From the human T2T-CHM13v2.0 reference genome, Homo sapiens, in assembly GCF_009914755.1 (NCBI RefSeq), contig NC_060927.1: DNA of 64,000 bases; one strand, 5' to 3'. Made by a program: the position numbers and the translations under genes. A model generated the notes under the pieces. It had not been told where the DNA came from. It was given only the letters and a program-made list of their open reading frames with translations, and searched no databases. Below are positions 56,560-64,000 of this stretch, piece after piece (positions within the stretch are counted from its first letter, which is position 1; each line of letters begins with the position of its first letter).

Positions 56560-56830
56560 GGCACTATTTTACTTGTTATGTAATATGATATAAGTGTGTA
56601 GTTAGTTAATAGTTATTGGAAGTGCAAGAAGGGAAACTACAGTTATAGGGACACTTCAAAGAGAACACCTGAGGCTTGAAAGAGTGGTATGTATAACATA
56701 AAACTGCAGAACTGGCAGAGCATTCCAGGTGAGTGAATGAGCAAAAGTTCTAAAGAGGTAACATAAATAATATATGCTTAGAAAATAGGACATAACAGAA
56801 CAAATAAAGGATTCCTTGGAACTCTGTAAA
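56560..56830 (-). mobile_element. L2 fragment (continues at ~59695-59830)
   Basis: gaggcttgaaag..ggcagagcattccagg..gagcaaaagttctaagagg. Confidence 0.5.
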
Positions 56831-57256
56831 TTAGAAATATTCACTTGTTTGATTTCATTATGACAAAAATGGATGTATCAAGAGTTTTTGCATAGGAGGA
56901 GACCTTACCCTGACCTTCCTTGCTGAGAAATGAGCTGAGGAAACAACGTGACTAGTCAATTCGGACCAATGGGGAAAATAAAGATGGACAGCTTCTTCAA
57001 TCTTTCCCCTTGTAGGAAGAAAACTTACTAGAGTGGTTGAATGAAGAAGGCAAGTTGTCCTCTTTATGAAAATCTTTCCCCAGTGAGTGTGGGTTATGGA
57101 GGAGGGGTTGGGCCCATGAAAATGTCTCACATCGGTGATGGTCACTCCTTCTTTAGGGCCCCAAAGAATCAATGATGGTTCCAGCTGATGCTTGGGGCGT
57201 AGTGAGCAGAAAGAAGTACCCTGCAGGGAGGACACAAAATATCTAAACAACCAGTC

Positions 57257-57668
57257 TGTGTTAGTCCATTTTGCATTGCTATAAAGGAATACTAGAGGCT
57301 GAGTAATTTATAAAGAGTTTTATTTGGCTCATGATATTGCAGGCTGCACAAGAATCATGACGCCAGCGTCTGCATCTGGTCAGGATCTCAGGAAGCTATT
57401 ACTCATAGTGGAAGGCAAGGCAGAAGCAAGTGTGTCACACAGCAAGACGGGGGCAAGAGAGAAATGGGGGAGATATCAGGCTCTTTAAACAATCAGCTTT
57501 CACATAAACTAAGAGTGAGAGCTCACTCCTTCCGTCAAGGAAAGAACCAAGCCGTTCTTGAGAGACCTGCCCCCATGACCCAAATACCTCATACACGGCC
57601 CCACCTTCAACACTGGGGATCACATTACATCATGAGATTTGGAGAGGACAAACATCCAAACCATATCA
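57257..57668 (-). mobile_element. MSTB/MSTA MaLR solo LTR
   Basis: tgtgttagtccattttgcattgctataaaggaatac..catgagatttggagaggacaaacatccaaaccatatca; 5-bp TSD cagtc/caggc. Confidence 0.9.
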
Positions 57669-57688
57669 CAGGCAAGCATGAAAGCCGG

Positions 57689-58082
57689 TGTTATGGGATG
57701 GGAATTGTGTCCCACAAAATTTATATTTTGAGGTCCTAACCCCTAGTAGCTCAGAATATAACTGGATTTGAAAATAGGGTATTTAAAGAGGTAATGAAGT
57801 TAAAATGAGGTCATTGGGGTGGACCCTAACCCAATATGACTGGTGTTCTTACAAGAAGAGAAAATTAGGACTAACATACAGACAGAGGGAAGACTATATG
57901 AAGACAGAGGGAGAAGGTAGCCATCCATCGATAAGCCAAGGAAAGAGGCCTTATAAGAAATTAACCTTATTGACACCTTGATCTTGGACTTCTAGCCTTT
58001 AGAACTGGGGGAAAACAAATTTCTGTTGTTAAGACTCCTAGTCTATTGTATTTTGTTATGGCAATCCAAGCAAACTAATTCA
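57689..58082 (+). mobile_element. MLT1B-like MaLR solo LTR
   Basis: tgttatggg..gaattgtgtccc..gacaccttgatcttggacttctagcc..gcaaactaattca; TSD gccgg/gcagg. Confidence 0.9.
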
Positions 58083-59694
58083 GCAGGAACCCCAAAAAGG
58101 TCTTAGAGTAGAGTTTCACTAAACCCATTAGGAGAAAAGGAGATTGGTTGATCCATGACATTAATAAGGCCAGGTATCCCCCAGGAGTGATTTTGTCTAG
58201 CTACATTTACTCAAAGATTTTTGTGGAACAGTGGCAGATAATTTTCTAAGGGCAAACACTGCCCTTTAAGAAGGATAAGTTCTAGTGTCTTCTAATACTG
58301 GGTGTATAATGAGTAGTAGATATACAACTTTGGAGATAAAAGTTAGGTAGGAGCTAAATTGCTTTCTGTAAGAAAGGAACGAGCTATAAGAGGTCAGAAG
58401 ACAAATTTTAATGGAGAGAGTCAGACATCTTGGGAGAGATAGACCAAAGGGAGGAGGGTAAGAAAGAGAAGACTCAGTGGTGAGAGGAGAGGAAGAGAGG
58501 TGGGATTTGCAGTTGACACTGCCCATAGCGTTTGTCCTAAGACATTTCTGTACTTCCCTTGATGGGAGCGGGTTTATTTTTGAGACTACAGAGAAGTATT
58601 GAACCAGTTGGAAAGTTTGATGCAGGCAAAAACAGAGTGCTCTAGGGAATGGCTTACACTTGGACCTCCATGGTCAGGATTACCTGGGAAGGAGAAAGGG
58701 ATTATATAGGAGTTAAATGAGGCATTGGGTTGAACAGATGGGATTGACCAAAATTGTGGATGTCAGTCAAAAAGTAGACTTCACTGTGAAATGAGGTAAG
58801 ATTCAGACTTGGGCTCTCTAGATGAGATTCAGACTCTGGCTTTAGATGTTGACAATGTAAACTGAAGAACTTCTTCAAAGAACTAATTTTGCAGTGTGAA
58901 CCTTGATTGTGGGAGGATCTTAGTTAACAGAGGCAGTGGGTTGCCACTCCTAGAGCAGGTCTCAGAACTCACAGGCCAGTATCATGGGAAATAGCAGTTG
59001 ATTAATATAAAACAAATGTTTTCCCCTCTTCCCATTTTTCCTGTCCTAAAAAATAAAAAGAAACAAAAAAGAAAGAAAGAAAACTTTGTACAACATTGGC
59101 AAAAAGGCAGTATTGCCAATAGCCCATACAAGGCTAAATACCATGTGCTGTTCTTTACTGTAAACCCCTCCACAGCCTTGGGCTAATGGCAGCTGTTGGA
59201 AATTGGTGGTGGTACCCAGAAAAGGCAGCGTCCAAAAGAGTAATGGTGGCATATGAACATCGGCAGTGTCTTCCTCCATAGCAGAAACTTCCATGTCCTT
59301 CAAAGCAGAAGTGGCCCCAGCATGAGAATAAGATGACAGGGCAGAGATGAGATAGCAGGGCTAATTTGAGAACGGGACTGTGGTTTACAGTTACAGCATC
59401 TGCCTTCATGCAGTGCCTAGAGGAAGCGTGAGCTTGCCCTGCCTATAGAGCCTGGGGGAAACAAGAGTGGTAGAATGGGAGAAATACAAATCGAAGCAGG
59501 GGAGCAACCATACCCAGTGGGAGTTTTCTTGTTTTGAGCAAGAGTGAAACACTCTCTGGGGACTTCTGGAACTACTTGGGTGGGATGTGTGCTTTGCAAG
59601 AGGGTTAGGTCCTGTGTAATGCTTGTGAGGGCACAAGGCAGTGAGATTCCAGTTATTAATGTTAATGTGATCTCATTTGCTTCCATAGGCTGGT

Positions 59695-59830
59695 GTGGCC
59701 TGGGGAAATTTTGGTTCTATTGTGTGTAATGGGGAGCTTCTGCTGACTTTTAAAAGAGGAGTGACGTAATGAAAGTAATGCTTTAGAAAGATTAAATTCA
59801 AATTTATGGGGAAAGAGAAATGACTTTAGC
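59695..59830 (-). mobile_element. L2 fragment collinear with 56560-56830
   Basis: gtgtaatggggagc..ttttaaaagaggagtgacgtaat..tttagaaagatta. Confidence 0.55.
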
Positions 59831-62076
59831 AGTAGGAAAACATTAGTTTCATTGCTTTAAAAATTGAGAAAATTCTTCTGTAAGTTTTAAACAAAGCTAT
59901 GCCATTTAACATGCTGATTTACATACATACCTCAATGAAAAAACATGCCTCAAACTTTGGAATAACTCACAGAGGTCTACAAAACTACCGCTATTTATGG
60001 TCCTCAAAATTTCTTTAGCTTGAAACAAGGCTAACATCACTTGATTTTTAGTCTGGGCTGCCTAACACCTTTGAATAATTGTTAACATCTTATTTTCATG
60101 TATATTTTCAACATCATGGTCCCTGAGTTGATTCTGAATCTGTTTACATAAAACTTAAAAGGCTTCTCTATGGTCTATATAAGTAGAAAACAAAAAACAT
60201 TGGACTGGCCCCCTCTGTTTGGATAGTACAGAACAAATATAACGATTGGTGACTAAATTATTTATCAGGCCTAAATACTTCTGTAAAACTATTGTAGATA
60301 AGTTACTAATGCTCTCATTTTCTCATGCTCATTATATGTAAAATTAAAATAACTAGATGATTTCTCTGTCCTTTTCCACCTTAAAACTATGTGATTCTAT
60401 AGAAATAACTATATAGTTGCTCAAAAATAGCTTTATCTTCTCATGTTGACTAAATCTTCATTAACGTTTGTTTCTCTTGGTCAAAATTGAAAAGACAGAA
60501 TTTTAATTTAATCTAAGCAAAATTATACTCTCCCGTCAAATTGGCAGACACCAGCCTTAGCTCTTAGAAAAGGGAGCAGGAAGGGGATGAGGAGGAGTAA
60601 CTTCCACTTACATGAAAGCTTCACCAAGAAAAATATAATAGTGTCTTCTGAAGAAAATTCATCTATTCAGAAGGGCATAGCCTCTGCTGCTACACATACA
60701 TAACATAATTTGTATTATTAAAATTACTATATAAATATATGTACATAACATATTTATATTTATATATGTAGAACACAGTTAATGGACTACATTTTACTAC
60801 TTAGTATCATTTCTATCAGGAATAACTAGCTATTGTACATTACATTTGAATATAGATGAGATAAAATATTCCAGCCAATAGTATCTGTACTGTAGTACTG
60901 GGCATATGAAGCAAACATGTTGAGTAGAACCTTCTGCAAGGTTCCACATTCGGTACAAAGTTGAAAGATTAGTGTAAGTTTCATCCAAGAGCAATTATTT
61001 GTGTTTTTAAAATATTGACAAGACTTCCCTTCTTAGTTTAGACATACCAATGAAAAATCCAGAACACAGAAATATTAATTTGAAATATTTATGTATAATT
61101 ATTCTTTCATCAAATACAAAAAATCAAACCTAAACAGCAGAGGATTGCACAGAATCTCAGAGCATAATTTTTTTTAACAAGAAAGAGAGAAAAGGGAAAA
61201 GGAAAGAAAAAAAGACGAGCAATTTTGAAAGATGTGGCTATGAAGAAAAGTCACAGAGTGGTGGTATAAAAGAGACAATGTAAGAACAGCTTAAATAAGT
61301 GATAGCATTTATTAACTGAAGAAAATAATTTTAAAGTGATTTCCTATCACTTTAAGGTAAAGGAAAAAAGGAAGCAAAAGAGTACTAGTATTTAATGAAA
61401 TCCACTAAGGACTTGGCTCTGTTTATTTAACCCTCACAATTACCTAATGCCATCAGTATTATATTTGCATTTAAAATGAAACACAGTAGAAAATTACATG
61501 GGATAAAAATTCCAGAGAACCACACCTTAGGAACAGGGAGAGACACAGATACATGCGGACATAGGTTAAGAGCAAATTGCATATAAATTGTTGAAAAAAA
61601 ATTAAAATCTTAGGTAAGATATTTTTTCTCCCATAATATTCAGAAGTATTATAGACAACTAAAAGCAAGCAAAGGAGGACAATGTTAAAAAAGATTTTTT
61701 GAAACAGCACTAAGCTATTATTAAAGAGAGAATATAATAAAATATCTGGAAAAAGATCATACAAATATCATTCAGTGGAAAGAGGGGGATTAATTTCCTC
61801 TAATGTTTTATATTCTCTTTTATTATTTTCTCTTTCTTTATTAAAGATAATCTTTTGTTCTCTGGATAATTAAGGGAAAATCAGTGCCAACATGGAAGCA
61901 AATAAACCAGATGCAGTGTCACAAAATTAAAAAAGAAATCAGAAACTTGAGGAACTGCTTCAAAAATCTTTAAACAATATTAATGCAGCAAATGTTTAGA
62001 GGCAATTATATCAATAATAGTGGAAGCAGAAACATGTAGTCACAGCAAGGTTTACATGGAACATAGTATTTATATT

Positions 62077-62103
62077 ACACATACACACACACATACACAC
62101 ACA
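62077..62103. repeat. (CA)n microsatellite
   Basis: Imperfect CA run. Confidence 0.8.
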
Positions 62104-62324
62104 AAGAAGAAAAGTACAGGAGAAAATAAGAAGTGGTTTAACTCAAAAGTTTTTCTGATAATTAGATAATTTATTTTATTATACTATTTTAGAGTAACAA
62201 TCTAGTTTGTTCTTAATATTTCTTTACTGATAGTAAAATTGTTTTCTTTTTTATATTATAAAATTGATTTTTGTTTATTTTATGGCAAATATTGTGTAAA
62301 ACAGATAAGCAAAATGGCTATGTT

Positions 62325-63010
62325 TTAATCAGACTAGGCTAGATTGTGCCATGGCAACAAAAAAGTCCCTAAATCTCAGGGGCTTAAAATAAACTAACAA
62401 AAAACGTTTATTTTTCTCACTCATGCAATACTACCAATTGTGAGTTGTTGCATTAGTCTGCTTGGACTACCAGAGCAAAATACCACTCGCTGAGTGGCTT
62501 AAGCAACAGATACTTATTTTCCCAGTTCTGGAAGCTCAAAATCCAGGATGCTTTCAGTGTCGGTTTCTGGGAAAACCTCTAATTTGGATTTATAAACAGG
62601 TGACTTTGCATCTCGTCTTCACATGCATCGCCTTTCTTCTGCACAGAGAGACAGAGAGAGAGAGAGAGATCTAGTGACTCTTCCTCTTCTAAACTTCTAA
62701 CCAGATAGAGTAGCATCTTGATGACCTAATTTAATTATTATTACCTCTCTATATGCCTAATATGCAAATATAGTAACTTTGGGGGCTAGGACTTCAACAC
62801 ATGAATTTTGGGGAGACATAATTCAGTTCATAATAGTTGCTTTGAAAGTCACACGACCATAAGTAACTTCAAAGGAGAGATGCAATCCTATGTATCATGA
62901 TCCTTTCTATCCTATCATGATCCTTCAAAGGAGAGATGCAATCCTGTCTATCATGATCCTGAAAAGAGAAAAACTGGAATATTGATCAATATCTCAAATG
63001 CCTATTACAA
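62325..63010 (-). mobile_element. Old MLT1 (I/J/K-like) LTR split by a younger MLT1A
   Basis: taggctagattgtgc..gcaacaa..aaatctcaggggcttaa..tttatttttctcactcatg; resumes after 62840. Confidence 0.5.
62449..62835 (-). mobile_element. MLT1A-like MaLR solo LTR
   Basis: attagtctgcttgg..aaaataccac..cagttctggaagct..ttcaacacatgaattttggggagaca..attcagttcata; TSD gttgt/gttgc. Confidence 0.85.
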
Positions 63011-63019
63011 TAGTATAAT

Positions 63020-63450
63020 GTTCTATTGCATTATTGTTTTTTATAACTAATCAATAATGCCCTGATTATTATTTTCCCATTATGAATTCCACACAAAAAT
63101 TCTTAGAAGTGGAATAGATATATTAAACTATTTGGAACATTTTTAGCCTTTTATTATGTCTTGACAATTTTGCTCCAAAAAATATTGTGGAATCATCCCA
63201 ATTTCTTAAATTCTTGCAAAAATTAGGCATTATTACTTAAGAAGAAGAGAAGGAGGACAAGAAGAAAGGAGAAAGCCTTTGCCAAGCATTGTGTCAAAAA
63301 ACACTATTTAATTGCTTTAATAAACTTTAAAAAATGTTATTACTATACAGGCTTATTTTTATCTTTTTGTTTGTGTATATTTTTGATGATATGAAAAATT
63401 TAGTCACTATTTAAATTTAGTCACTATTTGGTTAATTTTTTTCTCAGAGA
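63020..63450 (-). mobile_element. Ancient L1ME fragment
   Basis: aaattcttagaagtggaat..gacaattttgctccaaaaa..ttaggcattat. Confidence 0.45.
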
Positions 63451-64000
63451 AACATTTGTCATTCAGTAATAGACATTTTACCTATCCTAAATTATTTACT
63501 ACTTTGTAAAAGGACTCTAAATTCTAATTATATATAAAATATTTTACACACATACTGGCCAAAAATTCCAAATAAGGAATTGATATTTAGCAAGACCTTA
63601 TACTGACAAATACCTCAAAGATAAAACTTTAAAAGTAGATGTAACTTTGCCTTTCGCTGAGCCTATTTTTATTATGAAGGCAAGAACTCATATGCCACAA
63701 CTGAAAGCATATCTGTAATATCAGAAAGAAGACCACCTTTTTCCAAGAATAATATTAGAATCTGACAGCTGAATAAAACATCTCTAATCTTTACCATTGC
63801 CTCTTTATCTCTTTATCTCACCAGAAACCTGAATTAAAGGTTAGTGGCCCCTGAAGAAGATACAAGTCCATTGAATCCACTGAGTGCTGAACTTCCTCCT
63901 GGCCCTACTGAGCCTGGTAGTCTTCAGCTGGATGTGAGATCTTGCCTCAAGCTATTTACACCATGATCAGGCTAGTAATTAGCAAAATGTTTAATATAAT

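Overview
AT-rich mammalian genomic DNA with very high interspersed-repeat content. An AluYa5 carrying all five diagnostic bases indicates it is most likely human. The window looks intronic or intergenic: I recognise no intact protein-coding gene, tRNA, rRNA or CRISPR array, and nearly all ORF-track entries are repeat-derived or chance ORFs. Main content: 13 Alus (J, S and one Ya5), a solo LTR12C (ERV9) on the minus strand, solo MER4, MLT2, MST and MLT1 LTRs, a ~7 kb degraded near-full-length L1MA4-like element, many L1M/L2/MIR fragments, DNA-transposon relics (MER44, MER82, MER20, two MADE1) and microsatellites. Signals not explained by repeats: a 92-nt near-perfect hairpin (34200-34291), a well-formed minus-strand 191-nt exon candidate with an open frame downstream of the LTR12C promoter (13718-13908), a nuclear-receptor half-site cluster with DR0 and DR2 elements (16057-16235), an unidentified ~2 kb insert splitting an L2 (56830-59695), a self-templated inverted insertion inside an AluJ, and a possible 15-nt microexon. 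Repeat subfamily names come from recalled consensus sequences and need RepeatMasker confirmation. I found no convincing novel multi-gene system.
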